64,000 nt of DNA, taken from positions 1,178,001 through 1,242,000 of the forward strand of contig JAPDFW010000059.1 in assembly GCA_028826165.1 (NCBI GenBank). Direction: 5' to 3'. The notes beneath the pieces were generated by a model that worked only from the letters and a program-made list of their open reading frames with translations, did not search any database and was not told the DNA's origin. Position numbers and translations under genes: made by a program. This DNA is from Anaeramoeba ignava BMAN (taxonomy: Eukaryota; Protista; Anaeramoebae). Below, piece by piece: positions 50,336-64,000 of this stretch. Each line of letters opens with the position of its first letter. Position 1 is the first letter of the stretch.

Positions 50336-52117
50336 ATGAATGAAATTTTATTTTTTGGTTCAAATTATTCAAAAATTTTCAAAAATAAACCAAATGAAAT
50401 AACAAAACCAATTCAATTTAAATTTGAAAATGAAAATGAAAATGAAAAACAAATTAAACAAATTTCATCAGGAAGTTATTCAACAATTTTCCTTTTTAAA
50501 AATGGAAAAGCAATAGAATATCTAAATGAAAATGATTCAAATCAAAATCCTGAAAAAATCCAAATTGAAGAAAATATTCAAAAAGTAACTGTTGGTTATC
50601 AAAATGAAGCTATTTTAACAATAGAAGGAAATGTATTTGCCAAAGGAAGATATATTAATCCAAATAATTCAAAAGAATTTATCAATATTTCATCATTAAT
50701 TGAAGATACAAATGATAGAATAATTGAAGATATTGTTTCTGGAGATGGTCCAATTTACTTATTAACTTCAAATCAAAATGCTTATGGAATTGGTTCAAAT
50801 TTTTATAGTCAACTTGGTTTAGATTCTGAAACACTTGAAAAAACAAAAAAACCAATTTTAATGATGAAAAATGTTTCTAAAATATTTTCAGGAAATGACT
50901 CAAATCATGTTTTTCTTTTAAATTCAAATCAAGAATTATTTGGATGTGGTGAAAATAGATATGGTAAACTTGGATTAGGAGAATCAAGAAAAAAAGAAGA
51001 AAAAATCCAAAAATTAACCAAAATCCAAAATATTCCAAAAGGCAAAATAATTGATATTCAATGTGGAGCCGCTCATTCAATAATGTTGAGTGAAAATGAA
51101 AATCAAAATCCAAAAAGAAAACTTTATTCATGTGGAAGATATTTTTATAATGGACTTGGCAAAATACTTGAAGACACTTATGAATTTACTGAAATCAAAT
51201 CATCTTTATTTGAAAATGATGATGATTATATTCTTGAAATTTCTGTTGGAAATTTTCATACTTTGATTTTAACTTCCAAATCAAAATTGATTGGATTTGG
51301 GCATAATAAATATTCTCAATTAGGAAATGGAGATACAGAAAATCAATTAACTCCAATTCAAATTGAACTTCCTAAATTAAGATTTAATGAAAATATTTCT
51401 AATTATCATCTTTCTTGTGGAGAATTCAGATCATTTATTTATTATTCTTTTCATTCTTTTTCCAATCTTGAAGAAGATTTGATAAAACTATTTGAAAGAA
51501 AAGAATTTTGTGATATTTCATTTAAAACCGAAAATGGAGAAATAATCAAAGCTCATAAATTAATATTGAAATATAGATTAAATCAAAATCAAAATCAAAA
51601 TCAAAAACTTCAAGAAATTATTTCAAATAAATCAATTAAAGAATCAAATCAAATATTTGAAATGATCTATTCAAACAGAATAATAAATCCAAAATTATAT
51701 TTTGAAATTAAAGAAATTATAAATTCAAATGAAAAAATTGAAGAAATAATGAAAAGAATTTATTTAAATGAAAATGAAAATGAAAAAGATTTTATAATTG
51801 AAAGAAAAGAAAAACAATATAAATTTCCTAAATTAATATTAATAATGAGAAGTGAATTATATCGAGGAATGTTTTTATCTGTAACTGAAGATAAATCAAA
51901 TAAAGTTACAGATTATAGTGAATTAAGTAATAAATCATTTCAAATATTTGAATATTGGATTTATTCAAATCAAATTAAAGAAGGAATTGAAATTACACAA
52001 GAAATAATTGATGAAATTAAAATTGGAATTGATTATTTTCAATTAAATGAAACAAATCCAAATTTATTTGATTTATTAATTAACAAATTTAATAATCAAA
52101 ATCAAAATCAAAATTAA
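50336..52117 (+). CDS. RCC1-repeat + BTB-like protein, tandem copy 3 (CaaX tail cut off by an in-frame TAA)
   Basis: As copy 1; NQNQKKKEKCLIF* is still encoded in frame after the stop. Confidence 0.9.
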   Translation: MNEILFFGSNYSKIFKNKPNEITKPIQFKFENENENEKQIKQISSGSYSTIFLFKNGKAIEYLNENDSNQNPEKIQIEENIQKVTVGYQNEAILTIEGNVFAKGRYINPNNSKEFINISSLIEDTNDRIIEDIVSGDGPIYLLTSNQNAYGIGSNFYSQLGLDSETLEKTKKPILMMKNVSKIFSGNDSNHVFLLNSNQELFGCGENRYGKLGLGESRKKEEKIQKLTKIQNIPKGKIIDIQCGAAHSIMLSENENQNPKRKLYSCGRYFYNGLGKILEDTYEFTEIKSSLFENDDDYILEISVGNFHTLILTSKSKLIGFGHNKYSQLGNGDTENQLTPIQIELPKLRFNENISNYHLSCGEFRSFIYYSFHSFSNLEEDLIKLFERKEFCDISFKTENGEIIKAHKLILKYRLNQNQNQNQKLQEIISNKSIKESNQIFEMIYSNRIINPKLYFEIKEIINSNEKIEEIMKRIYLNENENEKDFIIERKEKQYKFPKLILIMRSELYRGMFLSVTEDKSNKVTDYSELSNKSFQIFEYWIYSNQIKEGIEITQEIIDEIKIGIDYFQLNETNPNLFDLLINKFNNQNQNQN

Positions 52118-52354
52118 AATCAAAATCAAAAAAAGAAAGAAAAATGTTTGATTTTTTAAAAAAGAAATAATTAATGAAATTCAAATTAAAATTAAAATTA
52201 AAATTAAAATCAAAATCAAAATTAAAACCAAATTCAAAATCTATTTATCAAAGAATTCTTTTTGATTCTTATTAAAAAATTTTTTTTTCCGTTTCTTTTC
52301 ATTTTTTCTTTTTTTCATTTTTTCATTTTTTTCCTTTTTTTTGAACAAACTAAA

Positions 52355-55300
52355 ATGGATAACAAAAAATCAAAATTAAATTCACAATCACAAACTCCAA
52401 CTAGAACTAGAACTCCAACTCTACAAGAAAATCAAATTAAATCAAAATCAAAATCAAATCCACAATCAAGAACACAATCAAGAACACAATCAAAATCAAA
52501 ATCAAAATCAAAATCAAAATCAAATTTAAATTCAAATTCAAAATCAAAATCAAAATCAAATTTAAATTCAAATTCAAAATCAAAATCAAAATCAAAATCA
52601 AAATCAAATTCAAAATCAAATTCAAAATCAAAATCAAAATCAAAATCAAAATCAAATTAAAATCAAAATCAAAATCAAAATCAAAATCAAAATCAAAATC
52701 AAAATCAAAATCAAAATCAAAATCAAAATCAAAATCAAAATCAAAATCAAAATCATATTCAAATTCAAATTCAAAATCAAGAAATCCAATCCAAAATTAA
52801 AAAATTCAATAAATTCTTAATAAAACAAGCAAATAAACAAATTGGTTTAATGTTTGGAAATGAAAAAACTTCAGATTTTAAAATTTATTGTGGAAAAGAT
52901 AAAATTTCAATTCCTTGTCATAAATCAATTTTAGAAGCTCGTTCAAAATATTTTATGATAAACAGAAGAGAAAATAATTTGAATACAATTTATTTTAATA
53001 ATTTTGATTCTGAAATTGTTAAACCAATTATTAAATTTTTTTATAATGGAAAATTTAAATTTGATAAACAAAAATTTGATGAATATTTTAAATTTGCAAA
53101 TGAAATTAAATTAAAAGAAATTCAAATCAAAATTGAACTTGAAATTCAATCAATTTTTAATATTGAAAATATTTTGGAAATTTATTTCAAATCTCAACAA
53201 ATTAATTCAAAAAATCTTTCTCAAAATTGTGAAAAATTTATTTTCCAAAATATTCGATTTATCATTTCAAATCCAAATTTTGATAAATATTTAAATCAAA
53301 ATCAAAATCAAAATCAAATTTACAATTTTATTGGATTAATTTCTTTAAATCAAAATCTCCCAAATAAACTTCAAATTATTCAACAAATTAAACAAAAATT
53401 GAATCAAAATGATCAAAAAAAATTGATAAAATTAATTAATTTTGAAATGAATCAAAAAGAAAATGAAAATGAAAATGAAAATTCTTTTCCAACTTTATTA
53501 AATCAAATTCTAGAAACAAAATCAATTAATCAATTTCAAATTCAACAAATCAAAAATAAATCAATTTCCCAAATTCAAAATAAAATTGTTTTATTAAATT
53601 CAAATATCCAAGAATTTCAAGAAGAAAATAAAACAAATGAAAGAATTTTATTATGCCATCATTTAAAATCTGTTGAATTGCAAACAAAAAACCAAAACTT
53701 TAATGCATATTCGCAACAACAAAAAATTTATTACAAAATATTACGTTGGGATTTTATGTGGAAAAAAAATTGGGAAATAAAATATTTTTCAAAAAAAATT
53801 ATAAATGAAGAAAAAGAAAAAGAAAAAGAAAGAGAATTTTTTATAAGTTTCCCAAATGGAAATCAACTTTATAAAATTTGGAATCAGATTTATCAAAAAG
53901 AATTTTCTGAAGTAAATTCAAAAATTGATTTAAATTCAAAAATTGATTTAAATTTAAATTTATTTTTATTTTTATTCAATTAGATTAATGAAAAAATTAT
54001 TGAATTTTTTTTATTATTCCAACTTTCATTTCTGAAATGGAATCCATCTCAAAAAAGTCAAAATCAAAATCAAAATCAAAATCAAAATCAAAATCAAAAT
54101 CAAAATCAAAATCAAAATGAAAAACAATTTGAAAAATATTTTAAAGATGAAGAAATTGAAGAAGCAATTCTCAAAAAAGAAGCTCATCCAATTAATTTTA
54201 TTAATTTTATTTTATTTTTATTACAATTTCCAATATTTATTCTTTCAGGTATTTTATAGAAAATTTCAAATCAAAAATTCCAAAAATTAAATTTTAAAAA
54301 TTAAAATTTAAATAATAAATAAGATTTACAAATAGAAGTTGGTTTAGAAAATATGTATTCGAAAAAACAAAATCAAATTCAAAATCAAAATCAAATTCAA
54401 AATCAAAATCAAAATCAAATTCAAAATCAAAATCAAATTCAAAATCAAAATCAAATTCAAAATCAAAATCAAAATCAAAATCAAAATGAATTTGAAATTG
54501 AATTTGAAAATCAAATTGATTTTGAAAAATATTTGATTTCTTTATCAATTACCTCAATTATTTCCAAATCAAGATTTAATCGACAAGTTTTATTTGAAAA
54601 TGGAATTTTTGAATTTCTTGAAAATTTATTGGAAATTACCAAAAATCATTTCAAATTAATTGGAAATTTAAGAGTAAAAAATTTTACATTTCTAAATTAA
54701 ATTTAAATTTCACTTTTTTTTTGATTAATTAATTCTTTTCTTTTATTAAAAAAAAATAATTTAAAAAGAAATCAAACCCTTCAATTTCAATTTATTTATT
54801 AATTGAAATTCAATTTATTCTTTCAGAAATTATGGGAATTTTAGATCAATTCTTAAGAGAAAGAGAAGTTTTTCCAAATCAAAAAATTTTGGAATCATTT
54901 CAAAAAACAAAAATAATTTCATTATTAATTGGTAAATAAATATTTCATTTTAATTATTTTCATTTATAAATTTATAAATTCTTTAAAAAATATAAAAATA
55001 GAATGTTTTGAAATCAATTTAAAACTTAGGAAATCATTTATTTTTACAGAAAAACAATTTATGGTTCGATTTCTATTTCTTAGGAATTTTGAATCTTTTT
55101 ATCGATTAAATTTATTTAAAGAAAAAGAAAAAATTCAATTAATTTTACTTCTTTTAACATTCTTTCAACCTCCAAATTTATTATCATCATCTCTTCCAAA
55201 TATTGGCATTTCAACTCAGAAACATATTCAAATTCAAAATCAAAATCAAAATCAAAATCAAAATCAAAATCAAAATCAAAATCAAAATGAAAAACAAAAT

Positions 55301-58300
55301 GAAAATCAAAATCAAAATCAAAATGAAAATCAAAATCAAAATCAAAATCAAAGTCAAAATCAAAATCAAAATCAAAATCAAAATCAAAATCAAAATGAAA
55401 ATGAAAATGAAAATGAAAATCAAAATCAAATTCAAATTCAAATTCAAAATCAAAATCAAATTGAAAATCAAAATCAAAATCAAATTGAATGTGGAATAAA
55501 TGAAATTGATGATTTTTTCCAAACAAATTTCTTTGTATTTAATCCAAAAATCAAAAAAGAAGAAAATGATTTCATTTTTCGAAATTTCAAAATTCCTAAA
55601 GGAAATCTAATTGATTCAGAATTTAATTTTTATATAAATATTTTCAAATTCTTTTATAAAATTATTATAGAAGAAAATATAATTGATCAAATTACAAACA
55701 ATAACAATATTTATTATCTCAGAAATTTTATTCTTTGGATTTATTATTATTCTAATTCAAAATTATCAAAAAAAGAAAAAGAAATAAATACTTCATCAGA
55801 TTTAGAAAGAAATTATTCAAAAGAAATCCAAAATATTAATCCAAAAAAAGCTTCAGAAATCAAATTATATAATCATTATTTTGATACATTTTTTTTCATT
55901 ATTAGAGATTTACAAAATATTGAAAAAATAAATGAAAATGATTTATCAAAAAAAAATATTAAAAAAGAATTAGATAAATTTACAAATGAAACCAAAAGAA
56001 AAGTTAATAATTTCAAAGAAAGATTAATTTTGATTTATCTTGATTTATTCAAATATCTACAAAAAGAAAAAGAAAAACAACATAAAGAAATATCAAATTC
56101 ATCTTTAAATAATATTTTATCAAATCAAAAAATTATTCAAATTCAAAATTATATTCAAAATATTGATTCACAACTTCAAATGTATATTTTATTTGAATTT
56201 AAAAGAATAATTATTAAGAAAAATGATAATGATAATGATAATGAAATTATTAAATTTTTCCAAAAAAATGGAGGATGGAAAGTTTGTTTTTCAGATTATT
56301 TTATTAGAAACAATCCCATTAATTTAAATGTAAAAATCCAACAAAAAAAAAACATAATCCAAAAATTTAATTCAATTTTATTTTTAATTAAATTATTTTT
56401 TTTCTATTTAGATTAAATTAAATGAAATGAACTTAGATTTACAAACATTATTAATTGATTTCATATTTAATGTTGCTTTAAATTATCCAGAAGATTTTGA
56501 TTATAAATTCTTATTTAATCAAATTTTAAAAAATCAAAAGATAAAATCAAATTTATTTTTATTAAATCAATTTTTAGAAATAACAATTAAACTTATCAAA
56601 CAAAATCCTAAAATTTTTTCAAATAAAATTATTGGAATTTCAGAACTTAAACAAATCCAAGAAATTTTAGATCAATTAATTCAAACTCAAAATCAAATTC
56701 AAATTCAAATTCAAAATCAAACTCAAACTCAAACTCAAATTCAAAATCAAAATCAAACTCAAACTCAAACTCAAACTCAAACTCAAATTCAAACTCAAAC
56801 TCAAATTCAAAATCAAACTCAAATTCAAAATCAAAATCAAACTCAAACTCAAAATCAAACTCAAAATCAAACTCAAACTCAAACTCAAATTCAAATCCAA
56901 AATCAAATTCAAAATCAAACTCAAACTCAAAATCAAAATCAAAATCAAACTCAAACTCAAACTCAAATTCAAAATCAAAATCAAAATCAAAATCAAAATC
57001 AAAATCAAAATCAAAATCAAACTCAAACTCAAACTCAAAATCAAATTCAAAATCAAATTCAAAATCAAAATCAAAATAAAATTCAAAATCAAAATCAAAA
57101 TCAAACAATTGATTTATTTTTAGAAATTTTGGATTTATTCTTTCAAAATGTCGATATTGAAATAATTATTCTAGATCAAGGATTTATCAATATTTTGGTT
57201 AAATTATTTGAAAAAAAGATTACTCAAAAAATTTCATTAATACATATCCCAAATATATTTGAAAAAATCAAAAATTCAAATGGAGAAAATGAAAAAATAA
57301 CAATTTCTTATTTATTTCAAAAAATTATTTTATTATCTCAAGAAATTTCAAAACAAAATGATCAAGAGAAAATCAATGAAATTAAATTTAATGATATTGA
57401 AATACTTTTTTTACAATGTTCAAAATCAATTTCAAGAAATCGAGATATTATTCAAGAAATTTTTCTAAATACAGATTTATTATCACTTTTAAAAGCATTA
57501 TTGATTGATAAAGAACAAAAATTAAATCATCTTATTTTAAAAATTTTGAAAGAAATTATCAGAAATAATGAAACAATTATAAATGAATTTGAAAAATTAA
57601 TTCCAATACCAGAATTTATTCAATTACTTTATGAAACAGAAAAAAGAAAACCAACAAAAAAATTATTTCGAATTTTATTAGATTTAATGATTAATAATGG
57701 TGATTTTTTAATAGAAAATAATTTTATTATTAGATACCCAAATATGATAAATGTTATTTTGGAACTTTATTCTCAAAATCAAAATGAAAATCAAAATGAA
57801 GAAATTTCTTTTATTGAAATTTTAAAAATATTTAATCAAATTTGTGAAAAAACAATTCATAATATTTATTGTTTTTGTGAAAAAAGGATTATTTCTTTTT
57901 TACTTGAATTAATTCCAAAAATTGAAGATTTAAATCTATTTAAAGAAATTATTGAATTTATTGGAAAACTTGGAAAACATAAATTTCTTGTTTCTGAAAT
58001 GAAAAAATATTTTTCAATTTTGAAAATTCATTTAGAAAATAACAAATCAACAAATCAAATTCAAATTCAAATTCAAAATCAAGATAATTTCACAAAATTA
58101 ATGTTATTTGAATTAAATAAGATGATTATTCAAAATCAAATTCAAAATGAAAATCAAAATCAAAATCAAAATGAAAATCAAAATCAAAATGAAAATGAAA
58201 ATGAAAATCCAATTCCAATAAATTTCTTTGATTTTTATGATGAAAACTCAAGTATACAACTTCCAATTTTTAAAAACTCTTTAATTTCCAAAAAATTTAG

Positions 58301-61300
58301 TTTTGTTACTTGGATAAGAATTGAAGATTTTCAAAACATTTATTATACATTAAATGAAAAAGAAAATGAAAGAAATTATAAAACAAAAATATTCAATCTT
58401 TTAACAGAAAATTTAAATGGAATTGGATTATTTTTGGAATTTAACAAAGAAAGCAATAAACCTGATTCATTTCTTTATCAAATTTATTCAAATCAAGAAA
58501 AAGAAATAATTGAAAAAAGATTTGCATTTAAAATTGAAATCAAAAAATGGTATTTTTTCGTTTTCACATATAAATATAATATAAATAAGTCTCAATTTGA
58601 TATATCAATTTATCTTGATGGAAAAAAGAAAACAACAACAATCACAACAAAAAAAATTGGAAATGAAAAATCATTTATTCAAAATGAAATAGGTTCAAAT
58701 TTCACATTTTCTAATCAACAAAATGAAAATCAATCAATAATAAATCACAAACAAAAAATAATAAATCAAAAATCATTTTATGGACAAATGGGAAAAATTT
58801 ATCTTTTCAAAGAATTTCTCAATGAAAATCAAGTTAAAGCAATTCAATTTCTTGGACCAAATTATAATTCATTTTTTTATCAAAATGAAATTTCCAAATA
58901 TTTAAATTCAAAAATGGAAAAAGAATTAAAAGAAATTTTAAATGGGAAATTAACACAAAAAATAATAAATTATTATAATCCAAAAGAAACTAAAGAAAAT
59001 TTCTTTTTCAAACAAATTTCAAAAGATATTAACCAAGAAAATATAAAAACAAAAAGAATTTACTCATTTTCAAAAGATAATTTCCAAGATATTATTCATT
59101 ATTTAGGAGGAATTGAAACAATTTTTTATTTAATTCTTGGAATTGATGAAATATTTAAAGAAGAAGAATTTACTAAAAATGAAATGAAATCAAAATTATT
59201 TTTTGAAGAAATATTAATATTATTTCAAAATCTTTTATTGAATGATTTAACTTTCCAAGAAGAAATGATTCAAAAACAAAGATTCCAAATATTTATTAAT
59301 ATACTTAAATCAATTAATCTAAAATATTTTCCAATTCAAATTTATAATCTTTTCAAAACATTTCAACAAAAAATACAAAATGAAAAATTCCAAATACAAC
59401 TTAAAAATCATTTAATATTTGATTATGAAATTTGGAAATGTTTCAACTTTAAAATTCAAAATGATTTTATTAAAATTATTGATGAATTAATTAAAAATCA
59501 AATTAAGAAAGAAAATATTCAAACAGAAAAATTAAAATTACAAAACAATTTAAGAAAAGAAGAAAATACAAAGAATATTACAATTTTTGGTTTATTAATT
59601 ATATTAAATTATTATGATGAACAATTATTTCAAAATCAAAATCAAAATCAAAATCAAACTCAAAATCAAAATCAAATTCAAATTCAAAATCAAAATCAAA
59701 ATCAAAATCAAATTCAAAATCAAAATCAAAATCAAAATCAAATTCAAAATCAAATTCAAATTCAAAATGAAATTGAAAATCAAAAAAAGATTAATGAAGT
59801 ATCTCAAAATTTATTTAAAATTATTGAACTTATTTTAGATCAAGTTGATATTGAAAAAGATATTTTAACAAAAAAATATATCAAATGTTTGATTTCAAAA
59901 ATTTATATTTTCAAAACACAAAATTTTATTGAAAAAATACTTGAAATTATTTATAATTTTATCCAAAAAAATCAAAAAAAAAATTTGAAACATTTATTTT
60001 TATTTCAATTATTCAACCCATTAATTCAATTAATGAAAGACAACAAAATAAGAAATAACCTAAAAATAATCAAATTATGTCTTGAAATTATTAATCTTAT
60101 TGATATTTTAATTAATGAAAATGAAAATGAAAATGAAAATGAAAATGAAAAAAAGAATGAAATTAAAATTATTACATTGAAAGATGAATATCCTTTGATT
60201 CGTAAAATATTAATGGATAATATAGAACTAATTTCAAAAGAAATTATTGATATTCTTTTCAAATTAATGATTCATGAAATTGGAAGTTTTAAATCAAAAT
60301 ATTCAATTATTCAAAATCCATTTATTTTAGAAACAATTTTTGAAATTTTTAAACATTCACCAAATTTAATTGATAACAATTTTGAAAAATTATTCATTAT
60401 AATAGCAGAAAATGATTACAATAAAAACAAAATTATTTCAGAATTTGGATGGCAAAAATGGATTATTTCTTTATTAAATTTTAATCAAATAGAAAATCAA
60501 AATCAAAATCAAAATCAAAATGAAATTCAAATTCATGTTAATGAAAGGATTTTCAAAATTTTCAAGTTATTGTTTATTTATTGTTTCCATCATTCATCTT
60601 ATAATTTCTCAGAAATATTCGAAATTTTTATTTCATCAATTTATTTAGCTCATTTTTCAACAAAAAAAAAAGAAGAAACAATTCACAAAATTATTGAAAG
60701 AATAATAAATGATATTTTTAAAGATCTTAAACAAAATTCAAAACAAGAACTTGATAAAAATAATCAATATTTAATAAAATCAATATCAATACCAACATCA
60801 AACATTTCAAAAGAAGAATTTATCAAGAATTTATTTTATTTAATCAAAGTATTAAATGGAATTATTTTCAATTTATCGAAAAATAGATTCCAATTTATAA
60901 AAACAGAAAATCAATCAGAAAATCAATCAGAAAATCATTTCACAAAAATTCAAGAAATAAAGTCAAACCAAAATAATATTAAATTAATCAATGAAAAAAA
61001 CTTAATCAAATTTTTAGAAACTAAATTTGATTTATTTGGAAAAGAAGAAATTTTGGGAAATTTAATTGAAATTTTAGAAAAATTTGGATTTTTTAAACAA
61101 AAAGGAATTCAATTAAAAAAACAAGAAGAAACAAGAACAATTTATAAAATTATAATTTTCTTATTTATTGCAATAATTCCAAAAGCAAATATTAAATTAA
61201 CTAATCTTCTTCTTTCAAAATTACAAAATATAATTAATGAACCACTAAATTTCAAAACATCTCAAATTCAAAATCCACAAGAATTAATTATAATTTATTT

Positions 61301-64000
61301 TTCATTCCTATTTTCTTATATTCAAAATGAAAATCAAAATGAAAAAGAAAAAGAAAGAAAAGAAAAAAGAAATATTTTCTTATCAACCTTAAAGCATTCA
61401 ATACAAGAAAATTACAATTTCTTATTTTCTTTATTTTCAAATATAAACAAAAAACAAAAATTACTTACTCGAAATTCAAAAAAATCAATCATATTTTCAA
61501 CTAAATATATTGGAGAATTTGAAAAAGAAATAATGGAAGAAAAATGGAAAAAAGAAATCAATAATATTTTCTTTCCAATAAATGAAACAATTTTCAAAGA
61601 TATTGAAGAAAATGAAAAAGAATTTATTGCAATTCAAACAAATAATTTATTATGTTTGAAACAATTATTTAATCAAGAATATGAAAATCAAAAACTAAAA
61701 ATTGAAAAAAATTTAATGAAAATTGAAAAAGTAAAAGAAAAATTCATTTTAAAAGAAAAACAAAAAAAATTGAAAATAGAAATTAAAGAAGGAAAGAAAT
61801 TAATTTCTTTAAAAAAATTCAAAGAAATGATTGAAAATACAATTTTGGGAAAATATCCATTAAATGAAAAATTAAAATCAAAAGAATTTGAAAAACAAAA
61901 TTATGTTAAAATTTCAGAAATCGAAGATGAAATGAGAAGACAAAAAGAAATTAAAATTTTATTCAAAAAATCAAAATCAAAATAATTTGATAAAACTAAA
62001 ACAAAAAATCAAAACAAATATAAAAGAAATTACAAATCAATTATCACAAATTCTAAATCAAAGATACAAAAAAAGAAATGATAATTTATTTCCAATGAAA
62101 TGTGAAATAATTTCAAAAATACAAACAAGAAAAGGAATATTTGGATTTAGAGAAAATTTAATTTATTTTTTTGAAGAATTTGATTCACAAAAAGAAAAAG
62201 AAAAAGAAAAAAAAGAATATAAATGGAAAATTAAAAATATTCAATCAATTTATAAAAGAAGATTTAATTTCAAATATTCAGGATTAGAAATATTTTTTGA
62301 AAAAGAAAGAAAATTTATATTTTTCAATTTTGAGACAATGGAAAAAAGAGATGAAATTTATGAATATCTTCAAAATCATAAATTAAGAAATATTAATAAA
62401 TCAAATTATTATCCAGGAAATAAACCAATAAAATGGAATGAAAAACAAATGACAAGAAAATGGCAAGAAAGAAAAATTACTAATTTCGAATATCTTATGT
62501 ATTTAAACACAATATCAGGAAGAACATATCAAGATATTTCACAATATCCAATTTTCCCATGGATTATTTCTGATTATGAATCTAAAAAAATAAATCTTAA
62601 TAATCCAAAAACATTTAGAGATTTATCAAAACCTATGGGATATTTGAATAATAAAATAATCATTCATTTTGAAAAATACCAAAAAAACGAAAAAGAGAAA
62701 GAATTCCAATTCAATTATCTAAAGATGTATTCCAATCCAGAAATTGTTTCATCTTATTTGATTAGATTAGAACCATTTACCTCTATTTGTTTAAAAGAAA
62801 AATATCCGATTTTCAAATCAATCCCAAAAACATGGAAAGCAATTCAAGAAAATGATGGAGATTATTTTATTGCAGAACTTACTCCAGAATTTTTTCATTT
62901 ACCAGATTTTTTAAGAAAACAAAAAATATTCAAACATAAACATGAAAATTTAAATGAAAAAACAATTTTACAAGAAATTTCAAATGTTGAACTTCCAAAA
63001 TGGGCTAAAACAGCAGAAGATTTTATTCAAATTCAACAAGAAGCACTCGAATCAGAATATGTTTCAGAACATCTTAATGAATGGATTGATTTAATATTTG
63101 GATATAAACAAAAAGGAGAAGAAGCAAAAAAAGCATACAATTTATTTCATCCAAATTTGTATGAAGAAAATATTAATATTTTAAAAACAGAATCAATCCA
63201 AAAAGAAATTCAAAGAAAAGGACAAATTCCAATTCAATTATTTACACAAAAACACATAAAAAAATTAACAAAAGAGCAGATTGAACAAAAATATTTATTC
63301 AAACCTCGTTTTCCATTTCATTTATTTGAGTGGAAAAATATTTTATCAAATAAAAATTTCATTATCAATATAAAAAAATTCAAAATAAGTTCAAAATCTG
63401 TTATATTTATAAATTATTATGGAAATAAAGATTTAATTAATAAAGAAAATTCTTCTGTGTTACTTACAATTGATAAAGATGGTGAAATTAGAATTCAGAA
63501 GATTCGGTTAAATAACCCAAATGCAAACAAAAATGTTACCAATTTTACTTTTTGGATTGATACAAAAATTGAAGAAAAAAAAGGAAAAATTTGGATACCA
63601 TTTCAACAAGATTTAAATAATTTTCAAGGATATTTATCACTTGATCAAAATTGGAAATATTTAATTTGCTCAGGATTTAATGATAATAGTTTTAAAATAA
63701 TTGATACTGAAAATTATAAAATGATACAAAGTATTTCGAAACATAAAGATATTGTGAATTGTTTATCAACTGATTGGAAATATCTTGTTACAGGATCAAA
63801 AGATACAACAGTGATTGTTTGGAAAATTTATTCAAAAGAAAAGAAAAGTTAAAAGAAAATCCAAAACATATTTTTTTTGAACATGAAAAAGAAGTGAAAA
63901 GTGTAGCAATTTCAGTTGAATATGATATTGTATTAAGTGGATCTATTAATGGAGAATTAATATTTCATTCATTAAACAAAGGAAAACACATTCAAACAAT
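52355..64000 (+). pseudogene. BTB + ARM-like + ConA-like + PH-BEACH + WD40 (neurobeachin-like) gene with three reading-frame disruptions; runs off the right edge. Pseudogene or assembly errors
   Basis: BTB SDFKIYCG..PCHKSILEARSKYF; ConA-like [16 protein letters not shown]; BEACH WQERKITNFEYLMYLNTISGRTYQDISQYPIFPW, ELTPEFF, VELPKWA, ALESEYVSEHLNEWIDLIFGYKQKG; WD40 LVTGSKDTTVIVW. Introns splice in frame, but there is a TAA at 52658-52660 and frameshifts near 61950-61985 and about 63845. Confidence 0.7.

Overview
Extremely AT-rich, gene-dense nuclear DNA of a eukaryotic microbe: standard genetic code, many short GT-AG introns, and some introns inflated by simple repeats. The gene content (BTB-adaptor families, Fe-ADH, B12 adenosyltransferase, single-domain NadE, TCATTTT Inr-like motifs) suggests an anaerobic metamonad such as Anaeramoeba; this is inference, not a database result. 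Genes in order: partial gene start (-); a 22-exon ankyrin-BTB gene; coiled-coil ORF; BTB-SPRY; MBOAT acyltransferase (-); two duplicated YqhD/BdhA-type Fe-ADH genes (-) flanking an intronless Crinkler/RHS-like NTPase+nuclease; DH-PH-FYVE RhoGEF; NH3-dependent NAD synthetase with a presequence; SUN protein (-); MMAB/PduO, whose first intron holds an intact pogo-type DD35D transposon; NDT-like protein; alpha-2-macroglobulin/thioester protein; three tandem RCC1-BTB genes; and a disrupted BTB-BEACH-WD40 gene. The most striking observation is the ankyrin-BTB gene at 1061-4295. Each repeat is one ~96-nt phase-0 exon, and the two variable beta-hairpin residues (the 'xx' of D-x-x-G-x-TPLH) appear to be encoded by separate single-codon (3-nt) microexons, 11 microexons in all. 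This may be a splice-tunable, DARPin-like recognition module on a Cullin-3 adaptor. All splice models are read by eye from the DNA and need RNA confirmation.
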